Shown here: positions 11,044 to 20,800 of the stretch, piece after piece | Numbering within the stretch: position 1 is the first letter of the stretch | How the letters are laid out: each line of letters begins with the position of its first letter | Assembly (NCBI GenBank): GCA_963726455.1 | Contig: CAVSCK010000003.1 | Coordinates: 109,118-173,117, forward strand | DNA from: an uncultured bacterium | GTDB taxonomy: Bacteria > Zixibacteria > MSB-5A5 > CAIYYT01 | DNA: 64,000 bases | Reading direction: 5' to 3' | Made by a program: the position numbers and the translations under genes | Notes under the pieces: model-generated | Seen by the model: the letters and a program-made list of their open reading frames with translations, nothing else | Databases searched by the model: none | Told to the model about the DNA's origin: nothing

Positions 11044-11910
11044 TTATTTGACAATAAGCTTTTCGGCCAGTTCATAGCGTTGACGAGTGCCGTCAATCAC
11101 GTTTTGCGGCAGGCGCGGCGGTGTTGAGTTTTTGTCCCAACCGGACTGCGACAGAAAATCGCGCACGAATTGCTTGTCGAAGGATTCCTGCGCAGCGCCG
11201 GGGCGATATTTGTCGGCAGGCCAGAACCGCGAAGAATCGGGCGACAGTACCTCGTCAATAAGAATGATGCCGCCGTCGTGGATCCCGAATTCGAATTTGG
11301 TGTCGGCCAGAATAATGCTGCGTTTTTCACAGTAATCCGCCGCCTTCTTATACAGCGCTTTGGAAATCGCGCGCAACTTCGCGGCAAGTTCGAGTTCGAC
11401 GATCTGTGCCATTTCCTCGAAAGAGATGTTCATGTCGTGACCGCTGTCTTCCTTGGTCGCCGGAGTAAAGATCGGTTCATCCAGTTTCTGTGATTCTTTC
11501 AGATTATCCGGAAACGTAAAACCGAGCAGCCGGGTGTTGCCTGACTTGAGGCCTTTGACATAGTCGCTCCAAAGCGAGCCGGAAATGTAGCCGCGCACGA
11601 CACATTCGATGTCGATGCGTTCGGCTTTCTTGACCAGCATTGACCTGCCCTCCAGTTGATCGCGATACTTGTGCAGGACTTCCGGATAGGCCGAAATGTC
11701 GGCGGTGATAAAGTGGTTCGGTACGACGTCCTTCAAGTACTCAAACCAGAAGAGCGACATGCGCGTCAGGACCTTGCCTTTTTCCGGAATGGGATCGGGC
11801 AGCACGTGGTCGAAGGCAGAGAGCCGGTCGGTGGCAACGATCAACAACTTGTCGTCGAGATCGTACACATCGCGCACTTTGCCGCGCGCAAACAGTTTTA
11901 TGTCCGGCAT
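11044..11910 (-). CDS. purC: Phosphoribosylaminoimidazole-succinocarboxamide synthase (SAICAR synthetase) PurC
   Basis: LFARGKVRDVYDLDDKLLIVATDRLSAFD is the classic PurC N-terminus. Confidence 0.9.
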   Translation of the reverse strand: MPDIKLFARGKVRDVYDLDDKLLIVATDRLSAFDHVLPDPIPEKGKVLTRMSLFWFEYLKDVVPNHFITADISAYPEVLHKYRDQLEGRSMLVKKAERIDIECVVRGYISGSLWSDYVKGLKSGNTRLLGFTFPDNLKESQKLDEPIFTPATKEDSGHDMNISFEEMAQIVELELAAKLRAISKALYKKAADYCEKRSIILADTKFEFGIHDGGIILIDEVLSPDSSRFWPADKYRPGAAQESFDKQFVRDFLSQSGWDKNSTPPRLPQNVIDGTRQRYELAEKLIVK

Positions 11911-11937
11911 ATTCGTTTGCCACAGACTATCCATGTC

Positions 11938-12543
11938 CTACTCCAATCGCAGTTCTCCCGAGGCGATCCGCGCGACCGTCTCAGGGTACAGTTGATGTTC
12001 TATTTCAAGCACCCGGCATTGCAGCGATTCGGGGGTGTCGTCGTCAAGCACGGATACCCGTCGCTGAGCCAGAATTCGGCCGTTGTCATAGACTTCGTTG
12101 ACCAGATGAATCGTGACGCCGGTTTCTTTCTCGCCGGCAGCCAGCACCGCTTCGTGTACGTGCAAGCCGTACATTCCCTTACCGCCGAATTTGGGCAGCA
12201 AGGCCGGATGTATGTTGAGGATGCGGTCGTGGTAAGTGCGGATGACTTCGGTGGGGATTCTCTTCATGTAACCGGCAAGGCAGATCAGCTCGACGCCACG
12301 GTCGGCTAGTTGTTTCAGAAGTTCCCTGGTGTAAGTTTCCTCCGAATCGAAGTCACGGTCGGTGAGAACCAGCGTTTCAATATTGTCGTTTTGAGCGCGC
12401 TCCAGGGCATAGGCCTTACGGTTGTTGGAGAACACAACCACGATCTCGCCTTTAATCTGGCCGGAATTGCAGCCATCAATCAGCGCTTGCAGGTTGGAAC
12501 CACCGTGCGAAGCGAAAACAGCGATGCGAAGCTTCTTAGACAA
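11938..12543 (-). CDS. purN: Phosphoribosylglycinamide formyltransferase PurN
   Basis: RIAVFASHGGSNLQALID...HPALLPKFGGKGMYGLHVHEAV (formyl transferase). Confidence 0.9.
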   Translation of the reverse strand: MSKKLRIAVFASHGGSNLQALIDGCNSGQIKGEIVVVFSNNRKAYALERAQNDNIETLVLTDRDFDSEETYTRELLKQLADRGVELICLAGYMKRIPTEVIRTYHDRILNIHPALLPKFGGKGMYGLHVHEAVLAAGEKETGVTIHLVNEVYDNGRILAQRRVSVLDDDTPESLQCRVLEIEHQLYPETVARIASGELRLE

Positions 12544-12796
12544 TCTACTTCTGCCTTGCCTCCCCGCTGTCGAATTTCGCGGGTTTGCCTCCGTTATCCG
12601 GCAGATGCCGGTTACAGCGCGGTAAGGTAGCGTCCGACGCGCCCTGAGTCAACAGTGATTAGACACTGGCTGGGCGCAGGAATCTTGGGATTGCTTCGTC
12701 GCTTCCCACGCCCGCCATCCCTTCCCCTCGCTCCTCGCAATGACAGTACGGAGACCGGCAATTACGGTCGGGGAACGCAAGACCGGTGGAAATGAC

Positions 12797-12828
12797 AAGG
12801 CCGTCGGCGACAAATCGCAGACGGCCTT
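12797..12828 (-). terminator. Candidate intrinsic terminator about 25 nt downstream of the stomatin gene. A 9-bp stem (AAGGCCGTC / GACGGCCTT) and 14-nt loop are followed on the minus strand by a weak T-run.
   Basis: The inverted repeat was read directly. The U-tract (TTGTCATTT) is weak. Confidence 0.3.
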
Positions 12829-12853
12829 TCAGAGAATCATGTCAGAAACAGAA

Positions 12854-13642
12854 TTACGGCTGCTTCTTCTCCGCCTCGCCGACTTCGAGCTGCATCTTCT
12901 TCATGAAGGGTGTCAGCAGGTCGATGGGAACAGGGAAGATAAGAGTCGAGTTCTTCTCGGCGGCGACTTCCGTGAGAGTCTGCAGGAATCGCAACTGCAG
13001 GGTATACTGCGACGATTCCATAACTTTTGCTGCTTCGGACAGCTTCGTAGCAGCCTGATATTCGCCAGTAGCATGAATGACTTTGGCGCGGCGTTCGCGC
13101 TCGGCTTCGGCCTGCTTGGAGATAGCGCGGATCATTTCCTGTGGCAGATCGACGTTCTTGACCTCGACCACAGACACCTTGATGCCCCAGGGTTCGGTTT
13201 GATCGTCAATGATCTTCTGCAGCCGCTGATTAATCTCTTCACGGTTGGACAACAGGTCATCCAGGTCGACCTGTCCCAGAACCGATCGCAGAGTTGTCTG
13301 GGCAATCATCGAAGTCGCGTAGAAATAATCCTCGACGGCTACGATTGCCCGCTGAGGTTCGACGACCATGAAATAGATCACGGCATTGACTTTGACCGTG
13401 ACGTTGTCTCGCGTAATGACGTCCTGCGGCGGGACGTCCATCGTGAAAGTACGCAATGAGACCTTCACCATGCGGTCGACAAGCGGAATTAGCAATATCA
13501 GACCGGGTCCCTTGACGCCGATCACGCGGCCGAGACGGAAGATCACACCGCGTTCATATTCCTGCAAAATGCGGATTGCATTTAACAGGATGAACAGGGC
13601 AAAGAATGCAATAACAATTAACGGAACTGCACCTGCGGCCAT
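12854..13642 (-). CDS. SPFH/band-7 (stomatin-like) membrane protein
   Basis: An N-terminal TM segment followed by [56 protein letters not shown] (stomatin/prohibitin core). Confidence 0.85.
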   Translation of the reverse strand: MAAGAVPLIVIAFFALFILLNAIRILQEYERGVIFRLGRVIGVKGPGLILLIPLVDRMVKVSLRTFTMDVPPQDVITRDNVTVKVNAVIYFMVVEPQRAIVAVEDYFYATSMIAQTTLRSVLGQVDLDDLLSNREEINQRLQKIIDDQTEPWGIKVSVVEVKNVDLPQEMIRAISKQAEAERERRAKVIHATGEYQAATKLSEAAKVMESSQYTLQLRFLQTLTEVAAEKNSTLIFPVPIDLLTPFMKKMQLEVGEAEKKQP

Positions 13643-14938
13643 TTATCCCTCCTTGTTGGAAGTAGATTTCGTTACTCTCAGTGTCGTATGTTCGCCCGAC
13701 AGGACGCGGACTTTCTCGCCTTTCTCGATCTTTTCATCGGCGACGGCGCGCCAGAGTGCGCCGGCGACAAAGACCATGCCTTCGCCGTCGATCGTCTCCC
13801 GGACTTTGCCGATTTGACCGACCATGCCTTCAAAGCCGGTGGTAACCTGCCGTCGGTAAGATTTCACGACAAATCCCAGAGCAAACACAATGAAGGCGGC
13901 GACGCAAAACGCCACCGTAAAGATAATGCTCTTACTGATTTGCAGGGTTGGTTCGGGACTATCGATTAACATCAAGCCTCCTAGTATCAGAGAGATGACT
14001 CCGCCGATAGTAAGCATGCCGTAACTGGTGACTTTGATCTCCAGCAGAAACATAATGATGGCCAGGATGATCAAAGCCAGTCCGGCGTAATTGATCGGTA
14101 ACGCCTGCATACCAAGCAAGGCGACGATGATACAGATACCGCCAACGATGCCCGGCAGAATGGCGCCGGGGTTATAGAGTTCGATAGCCAAGCCAAGTGT
14201 ACCGAGGGAAAATAGAATGAATATGATATTCGGGTTAGTGATGACATCCAGGATGGCCTCGGAAAAGGTCTTCTCCACTTTTTCTGTAGTCGCATCTTTG
14301 GTGTGAACGGTGTCCTCGCCGTCAACCATCTTAACGATCTTGCCGTCGGCCTTCTCCAGAACGTCGCCCAGATTGTTGGCGATGAAGTCGACCACGTTGG
14401 AATCGACGGCCTCGGTAGCGGTAATACTGATGCCCTCACGAACGGCGCGCTCAACCCAGTAGCGATTATGCCCACGGCGCTCAGCAGCACCCTCAAGGTT
14501 GGCGACGGCGTCATTAATGATCTTCTTGTATAAGGCGCTATCGATCTTCTCGCCGCCCATCGATACCGGCGTAGCCGAGCCAATGTTGGTTGACGGCGCC
14601 ATAGCCGAAACATGAGCCGAATAGGTTATGTAAACTCCTGCCGAGGCAGCGCGTCCGCCGGAAGGATAGACGTAAACGATCACAGGTACTTTGGCATTCA
14701 TGATTGCCGTAGTAATCTTCAGCGTTGTCTCCATGACGCCGCCGGGAGTGTTCAGCTCGATCACCAGCGCCGCTGCGCCTTCTTCTTCGGCCAACTTCAA
14801 GGCGCGCTCGAAATGCTTGAGTGTAATGGCGCCGATGGGACCGTCGATGGTCATCAATTTGACGGCTCTGGCAGATGCGATCTCCGACGACAAGGCCAGA
14901 CAAAGAATCAAGAGAATGAGCGCCCTACACAATTTCAT
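13643..14938 (-). CDS. NfeD-family membrane-bound serine protease (ClpP-class), partner of stomatin
   Basis: NTPGG...PSGGRAASAGVYITYSAHVSAMAPSTNIGSATPV (ClpP-like fold), multiple TM segments and a C-terminal OB domain. Stop/start adjacent to the SPFH gene. Confidence 0.85.
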   Translation of the reverse strand: MKLCRALILLILCLALSSEIASARAVKLMTIDGPIGAITLKHFERALKLAEEEGAAALVIELNTPGGVMETTLKITTAIMNAKVPVIVYVYPSGGRAASAGVYITYSAHVSAMAPSTNIGSATPVSMGGEKIDSALYKKIINDAVANLEGAAERRGHNRYWVERAVREGISITATEAVDSNVVDFIANNLGDVLEKADGKIVKMVDGEDTVHTKDATTEKVEKTFSEAILDVITNPNIIFILFSLGTLGLAIELYNPGAILPGIVGGICIIVALLGMQALPINYAGLALIILAIIMFLLEIKVTSYGMLTIGGVISLILGGLMLIDSPEPTLQISKSIIFTVAFCVAAFIVFALGFVVKSYRRQVTTGFEGMVGQIGKVRETIDGEGMVFVAGALWRAVADEKIEKGEKVRVLSGEHTTLRVTKSTSNKEG

Positions 14939-15059
14939 CTTAACTACCTCCCCGAGGCGAAAGCCGATATGCTTTCTTTTTCAGTATGCCGTAGTTAATC
15001 TCTCAAATACAGTCAAACAGGTCAACCAAAAAGAAAAGACGAGATGAAGGCGGGTTCTG

Positions 15060-17315
15060 TTAGAATTCGGCGATTCCGTAGAGCTCCGGTCGCGGCGGCC
15101 CGGCAACGCCTTCGGAGGGAATCAGGAAGCCGATGGCTTTAGCGAGCTTCGAGTCGCCTGGATTGTCGTAATCGACCAATTCGACCCCCAGCCCGAACCG
15201 CTTGGTCTCCTTCGTCAGCCAGCCGCTGAAGGTTGCCAGGGGGAGCTTGAGTTCGAAAGTATAGCCGGCCTCGGTACGAATACTGGCGATTTCGTACGGT
15301 GTCTGAATGCCAAGCTGAACGCGGACTTTGGAATTCGCGGCAGTCGGCGCCATGATGTAAAGTGAGAAACAACCGTTGCCAGCCGCAAAGTCACGGGAAA
15401 AATAGCTGCCAGAGGTTGGACGGAAGTCGAAGAAGACAGCTACCATGTCGCCGGTGGCGTCGTCAAGGGACACCAGACTATCGTCTTTGATTGACCCGAC
15501 GACGTAGAGGTCGGTATCAGTACGGGCAAAATATATCTTCCCCGAGAGGTCATCGTCGCCGCGCCACGGAGCTGCGCCGTAACGGAATCCTGAGGCGCCG
15601 GAGAACAGCATTGGCTTGTCTTTGGCCCATTCGGCCAGGTCGCCGTCGATCGTGGGCTCGGGTTTCTTCTCCTTGATCCTGTACAAGGCCCTGGGGTCGT
15701 TGGTAGCCAATGTCAGGCGGGCGGCCAGGGGTTGATAGGCGGTCGAATCGGCAATTGCGGCCAACTGATTCTCGGACTGGGAGAAACAACGGCCGGCGAG
15801 TTTGTTTTCGCCGCCCTGGCGTAAGTCGTAGCCCATTCGGAAGAAGGACTCAGCCAGTTCAGGGCTTTTGGCGCTGAGCTTAAGGTAGCTATCCGCGAGA
15901 TCCTTCAGGTATTCCTTGTTGAAGTTTTTCGAGAAGAGCGCCAGACGATCTACCGCCGTCAGAATTAAGTTTTCGGATAGGCGGTCAGTGGAAGTACCGC
16001 CTTCGAGATAATCGCGATAGGCGTTGAGAGCGTTGAACGCATAATCCGCTGACTGCAGGTAGAGCTGATCATTATAGCAAACGTCGCCCATTTGCAGGCC
16101 GGCGCTGACCGCGGCGAAGCTGTTGGGATACTCCCCAATGACCTTCTGATAGGCGGCGACCATATCGTTCTTGCGATTGGCGGTTCTGAATAGATAAGCC
16201 AGGTCCAGATAGTAACCCGGAACTTTGCTTGAATCGGTTTCTGACGAAATCTTCGAATTGATCGCTGCGATTGCTTCCCTGGTGTGGATCGTCACTGCCG
16301 CCACCTGCAGTGGATGCGGATTCCCCACTGAGGAGTAAGTCGCGACCGCGGTATCGGGCGAAAGATCGACTATCGGAACACCACCCGCGGTGGGGTCGCA
16401 GCCGATCCAATAGCGGCCACCGGAAACAACCATGCCACTTTGAGGCGCCTGCCCGAGCGAGAAACCGGCAATGCGGGATACAGTGACCGTATCGTCTGAA
16501 ACGAAGAGATTAAAGACGCGCACATTCTCGGCACTACCCAGGGAAATCTGATCGAAAGTTACCGCCATTTTGAGGCCGTCAGGCGTGAAAGCGATAGAAG
16601 AGCAACCTTGTCCGAGATTAAGCACCCAGAATGGTTTGTCGGTGCGAGTGTCAACGACGGTGATTTGCGAGCCACCACGCTTGCCACCACCCAAACCACG
16701 GCAAACGACGAACAGGCGGCCGTTGTCCGGTGTTAACGTCAGGGCTGAGGGTCCAAAGCCGACAGCGATTGTTGTCACGGTCTTGAAACTTGCGATATCG
16801 ATCTTAGTGACTGTTCCCTGCTGAGCTGAGGCACAGTAGAGTGTCTTGGAATCACTGGTGACGGCACCTGCTGTCGGGCCGACGATTTGGGACAAAGTGG
16901 ACACGACATTAGAGGATGCGCGGTCGATCACGGACAGATCAGTTTGACCGCCGGGAACTGCGCCGATGATGAAACAATACCTGCCATCGGGCGAGAAGAG
17001 CGCGCCGGTTACCTGACGTTGCACGTCAAGGGATTTGACCAATTGATCGGTGACAGTACTGAAAATATCGCAGGAGGTGCCGGATGCGTCGAACAGCCAG
17101 ACCTGTGACGAGTCGGGAGTGGCAACAGCGACGGCGGCATCATGGGCGGGCTGCAACTGATTGATAAGCTGGCCGGTTTCCACCGCATACACCAGCGTCG
17201 CAGCGTGGCCGACTTCTCCGCCGGCTCCGGCAGGAATATAGATCTTTGTAATTGTCTGCGCCGATGTGCTGATAGACAACACAGCGGCGACAAGTATCGT
17301 CAACAGTATTCTCAA
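15060..17315 (-). CDS. Secreted hypothetical protein with YVTN/NHL-type beta-propeller repeats, a TPR-like middle region and a CBM9-like C-terminal domain.
   Basis: A signal peptide, repeated roughly 40-aa beta-propeller units, and a C-terminal TIDGDLAEWAKDKP... resembling carbohydrate-binding family 9. Confidence 0.55.
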   Translation of the reverse strand: MRILLTILVAAVLSISTSAQTITKIYIPAGAGGEVGHAATLVYAVETGQLINQLQPAHDAAVAVATPDSSQVWLFDASGTSCDIFSTVTDQLVKSLDVQRQVTGALFSPDGRYCFIIGAVPGGQTDLSVIDRASSNVVSTLSQIVGPTAGAVTSDSKTLYCASAQQGTVTKIDIASFKTVTTIAVGFGPSALTLTPDNGRLFVVCRGLGGGKRGGSQITVVDTRTDKPFWVLNLGQGCSSIAFTPDGLKMAVTFDQISLGSAENVRVFNLFVSDDTVTVSRIAGFSLGQAPQSGMVVSGGRYWIGCDPTAGGVPIVDLSPDTAVATYSSVGNPHPLQVAAVTIHTREAIAAINSKISSETDSSKVPGYYLDLAYLFRTANRKNDMVAAYQKVIGEYPNSFAAVSAGLQMGDVCYNDQLYLQSADYAFNALNAYRDYLEGGTSTDRLSENLILTAVDRLALFSKNFNKEYLKDLADSYLKLSAKSPELAESFFRMGYDLRQGGENKLAGRCFSQSENQLAAIADSTAYQPLAARLTLATNDPRALYRIKEKKPEPTIDGDLAEWAKDKPMLFSGASGFRYGAAPWRGDDDLSGKIYFARTDTDLYVVGSIKDDSLVSLDDATGDMVAVFFDFRPTSGSYFSRDFAAGNGCFSLYIMAPTAANSKVRVQLGIQTPYEIASIRTEAGYTFELKLPLATFSGWLTKETKRFGLGVELVDYDNPGDSKLAKAIGFLIPSEGVAGPPRPELYGIAEF

Positions 17316-17336
17316 CTCGACAGCTCCCCTGTCATA

Positions 17337-18944
17337 TTAATGAGTAAATCCGTCAATGCAATATTTTAACTGTCCGTCGATGTAAGTCGCCGTCACTTTT
17401 GTATCGAGCAGTTGCCGGGGATCAGACCGCATGATGTCGTGGTCGAGAATCACGAAGTCGGCTTTCTTTCCGACGACCAGATTTCCACGGCAATGGGCGT
17501 CACCGACCGCTTCGGCGCCGTTGATAGTAAATCCCTTCACGGCCTGTAAGGTCGACAGCGTCTCTCTGGGATTGAAGCCGGTTCTGGCGCCACGTGGACG
17601 GCCGGTTACGGCAGCATAAATTCCGTACAACGGATTGAGCGGTTCTATCGGAGCATCCGAGCCGAAACACATGGTCAGGCCCAGGTTGGCGAATGTCCGC
17701 ATGCGATAGGAGTCTTTCTGGCGGGTTCCGAGATAACGCTTCATAAGGTCAATATCGGCAATCGCATGGCTGGGCTGCATGGAGGCGATAATGCTGAGCT
17801 TGGCGAATCGCTTGATGTCCTGCGGATGTACTATCTGGCAATGTTCGATACGATGACGAAACCGAGGCGACACGGGACGGCCGGCTGCCTCAATCGCGTC
17901 GAGAACGTTTCGATTCGCTCGGTCGCCGATGGCATGGATGGCACAAGAGATTCCAGCTTTGGTGGCTCTGGCAACGAGCGTTTTCAATTCATCGCGCGAG
18001 GTGGCCTCGATGCCGACGTTGTCTTTCGATCCCTTGAAGGGTTTGAACATCAGGGCTGTCTGTGAACCAAGGGCGCCGTCGGCGAACATCTTGACGCCGC
18101 CAATTTTGAGAAATTCTGATCCATAGCCGGTCTTGAGTTTCAGATGGATGGCATCATCGAGCCGCACCACGGGCAAGTAATATGTGACCCGCACCGGAAG
18201 CTTTCCGGCGATATCAAGCGCCTGCAGCCCTTCAAATCCGTGAATGACATCAAACGAAGTGACGCCGACACATCCCTGTCGGAAGAGTTCCTCGAAGCCA
18301 TCGGTCATGATTTTGTCGACCTCGCGACCGGACGGCGGCTGGTATAGATCCATTACGAGCTGATTAGCATTATCCCGCAAAATGCCCGTGGGTTCTCCCG
18401 AGCTATCGCGAGCAATTTCACCACCGTCGGGATTAGGCGTGTCTTTGTCGATGCCGGCTAGCTTAAGTGCTTTCGAGTTTACCCAGAGGAGATGCTCATC
18501 CTTGGAAAAGATGGCCGTTGGCCTGTCCGCAGTGACGCGATCGAGGTCGGATTTGTGAGGCCAGCGAATCTTCGTCCATTGTTCCTTTTTCCAACCTTTA
18601 CCTATCAGCCAGGATTTGCCTTTCTTCGGGAGTCTGGCTGTGTAATCCTTCACGATTTTCAGGGCATGCTCATAGGAACGAGCGCCGTCGAGATCGATGC
18701 GCCGGCGTGACAACGCCCAGAAGACCAGATGCGTGTGCGAATCGATGAATCCGGGGAGAATGATTTGACCATCGAGGTCGATCATCTCGAAGCTGTCGGA
18801 CGGAACAGACGAAAGTTCCGACGCCGAACCAAGCCAACTGATGCGGTCGCCGTCGACGATCATGGCGTCACAGACGGCAGGTCGATCGGCGATCGTATAG
18901 ATTCTGCCGCCATAGAACAGTTTCTTGAGACTCTTCATTGCCAT
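17337..18944 (-). CDS. Amidohydrolase-3 family metal-dependent hydrolase
   Basis: LPGFIDSHTHLVFWAL (metal-binding HxH) and the overall amidohydrolase pattern. Confidence 0.8.
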   Translation of the reverse strand: MAMKSLKKLFYGGRIYTIADRPAVCDAMIVDGDRISWLGSASELSSVPSDSFEMIDLDGQIILPGFIDSHTHLVFWALSRRRIDLDGARSYEHALKIVKDYTARLPKKGKSWLIGKGWKKEQWTKIRWPHKSDLDRVTADRPTAIFSKDEHLLWVNSKALKLAGIDKDTPNPDGGEIARDSSGEPTGILRDNANQLVMDLYQPPSGREVDKIMTDGFEELFRQGCVGVTSFDVIHGFEGLQALDIAGKLPVRVTYYLPVVRLDDAIHLKLKTGYGSEFLKIGGVKMFADGALGSQTALMFKPFKGSKDNVGIEATSRDELKTLVARATKAGISCAIHAIGDRANRNVLDAIEAAGRPVSPRFRHRIEHCQIVHPQDIKRFAKLSIIASMQPSHAIADIDLMKRYLGTRQKDSYRMRTFANLGLTMCFGSDAPIEPLNPLYGIYAAVTGRPRGARTGFNPRETLSTLQAVKGFTINGAEAVGDAHCRGNLVVGKKADFVILDHDIMRSDPRQLLDTKVTATYIDGQLKYCIDGFTH

Positions 18945-20800
18945 AGCGTTCTGTAATCTCCATCCCGTTTGGTTATATGCCGGCGATCAAGGTCTTCGAG
19001 CAGGGGCAAAATCACTTTGCGCGAGGTATCGGTGATGTCCCGTGCTTCTGCGACGGTGATTTTGCCGTGGGTCTTGATATGGTTGACAATTTCGGATGCG
19101 AAGTTTTCGAAGGTTGCTTTCAGGTAGATAGTTCCTCCCAGGTCGACGATTTCGCCGTTCTGCTTGAGATACGCAAAGATCTTGCGGGCTTCTTTGTCGC
19201 TTGCAAGAAGATCGTCGCGGTTGACCGATTGCCTGGGATTTTCGGTTAGCATGGCCAGCAAGCGCGCCATTGCCCGCTTCTGTGCGGAAGACAATTCTGC
19301 GGCATGTTGTTTCACCCTGATTCCGGCTTCGTGTCGTTCCAGCTTGCCGTCCGACAGCAACGCGTCCAGAACCTGATCAAACAAGACCTGTGGTATCTTC
19401 ACGGCCTGGACGAGCGCAGCCAGCGACATCGAAGCAAGATGTGGGTTCAATTTATGGAATTCGTTGACTTCGGCAAGAATGCCGTCGCCCGACGAATTCC
19501 AGACTTTCGCAGAAATGAAAAAGCGATCGCGCTTGATAACAGAGCCAGACCGAATCATTTCACTAGTGGCTTCCGCGACTTGAGTTGGTGCAACGAGTGA
19601 TTGTGCCAGCAGGTCGGATTCCGCAACGATTCCCTTGGCAATCAGTTGATACTCAATGAGGGCTTTCGGTGTCGTCGCCGCGGCGGATTGAAGCGATTTC
19701 CAGCGCTCAGTATCGGATCTCTTGAAGAGTTCGAGCACGGGATCGATGATGGTCCCACCGCCCAGGAGCAAGGACGGCGTCGGGAGGCGAAGGATAAATC
19801 GGTCGCCAGCTTTGACAATGACCGGTGCATCTAATCGCAGAACCACAATGTACTCGCCGTCTCTCGCGGTCAGCGGGTCATCGGGGAGAAACAATCGGCC
19901 CGCAATTTCGGAGGTGCCGTGCAAGAAGATGATGTCGCGATTATGTTTTATCAGATGTAATTGCCTGGGCTCGACCGTGAGCGACACTCCGAGCGTGTCG
20001 GATTCCTGAAGTTGACGCGAGGTGTAGAAGAGGTCGCCTCGTTTCACAGCGCCACGTTCAAGGGCCTGGGTGCCCACAGCAAGGCGAACACCGGGCAACG
20101 CGCGGTCAAGATGCGAATAGAAACTTTCGAGATTCTTGACTTTAGTCTTCTGGCCGGAAGGATGGTGATACACCTCCTGACCCACCGCGAAAGTGCCGTC
20201 GCGAAGTGTGCCGGTGACGACAGTACCGGTGCCGGCAATCGTGAAGACGCGGTCGGCATACAGACGCGCCGACTCACCCGGCAGATCGCGATGCACGGAC
20301 TTCAACATTCGCTCGACTGAATCTCTCACTGCGTCGAGATTACGGTTGTCGAGCGCCGAGAACTCTATAATGTCGCAGCCGTCGAGGAAAGTATTCTGCG
20401 TCTTCTGGCGCAGGTCATTCTTGACCATGTCCTTCCAGTCAGGATCGACCATGTCAACTTTGGTCAGGACGATGATTCCGCGCTGCAGCCCCAGATAACG
20501 CAGGATGGCGAGATGTTCCTCCGATTGCGGCATCCAGCCATCATCAGCAGCCACGACGAACATGACCATATCAAGAGCACCAACTCCGGAGATCATGTTC
20601 TTGATGAAGCGCTCGTGTCCGGGAACATCGACGATGCCGACTTCCTCACCGGTCGACAGCTTGAAAGAAGCAAAACCAAGTTCGATGGTCATTTCGCGTT
20701 CTTTTTCCTCGGGGAGACGATCGGGATCGGTGCCGGTGAGGGCTCTGACCAGGGAGGATTTGCCGTGATCGATGTGCCCGGCTGTGGCTATGGTATACAA
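18935..20800 (-). CDS. selB: Selenocysteine-specific elongation factor SelB
   Basis: A GTPase N-terminus (TAGHIDHGKSSLVRALTG, DVPGHERF, TKVD) plus a long C-terminal winged-helix extension. Adjacent to selA and tRNA-Sec. Confidence 0.9.
   Translation of the reverse strand: MYTIATAGHIDHGKSSLVRALTGTDPDRLPEEKEREMTIELGFASFKLSTGEEVGIVDVPGHERFIKNMISGVGALDMVMFVVAADDGWMPQSEEHLAILRYLGLQRGIIVLTKVDMVDPDWKDMVKNDLRQKTQNTFLDGCDIIEFSALDNRNLDAVRDSVERMLKSVHRDLPGESARLYADRVFTIAGTGTVVTGTLRDGTFAVGQEVYHHPSGQKTKVKNLESFYSHLDRALPGVRLAVGTQALERGAVKRGDLFYTSRQLQESDTLGVSLTVEPRQLHLIKHNRDIIFLHGTSEIAGRLFLPDDPLTARDGEYIVVLRLDAPVIVKAGDRFILRLPTPSLLLGGGTIIDPVLELFKRSDTERWKSLQSAAATTPKALIEYQLIAKGIVAESDLLAQSLVAPTQVAEATSEMIRSGSVIKRDRFFISAKVWNSSGDGILAEVNEFHKLNPHLASMSLAALVQAVKIPQVLFDQVLDALLSDGKLERHEAGIRVKQHAAELSSAQKRAMARLLAMLTENPRQSVNRDDLLASDKEARKIFAYLKQNGEIVDLGGTIYLKATFENFASEIVNHIKTHGKITVAEARDITDTSRKVILPLLEDLDRRHITKRDGDYRTLWQ

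Noticed and set aside
12544-12853. ZTP riboswitch call upstream of purN
   Set aside because: I could not match the conserved ZTP (pfl) or purine riboswitch nucleotides by eye on the correct strand. A ZTP-like fragment (GACUGGC...CUGGGCG) occurs only on the wrong strand. It is kept only as a low-interest candidate for a covariance-model search.
12740-13459. A 239-aa ORF on the plus strand, overlapping the stomatin gene
   Set aside because: Antisense shadow ORF. The minus-strand SPFH protein is clearly the real gene.
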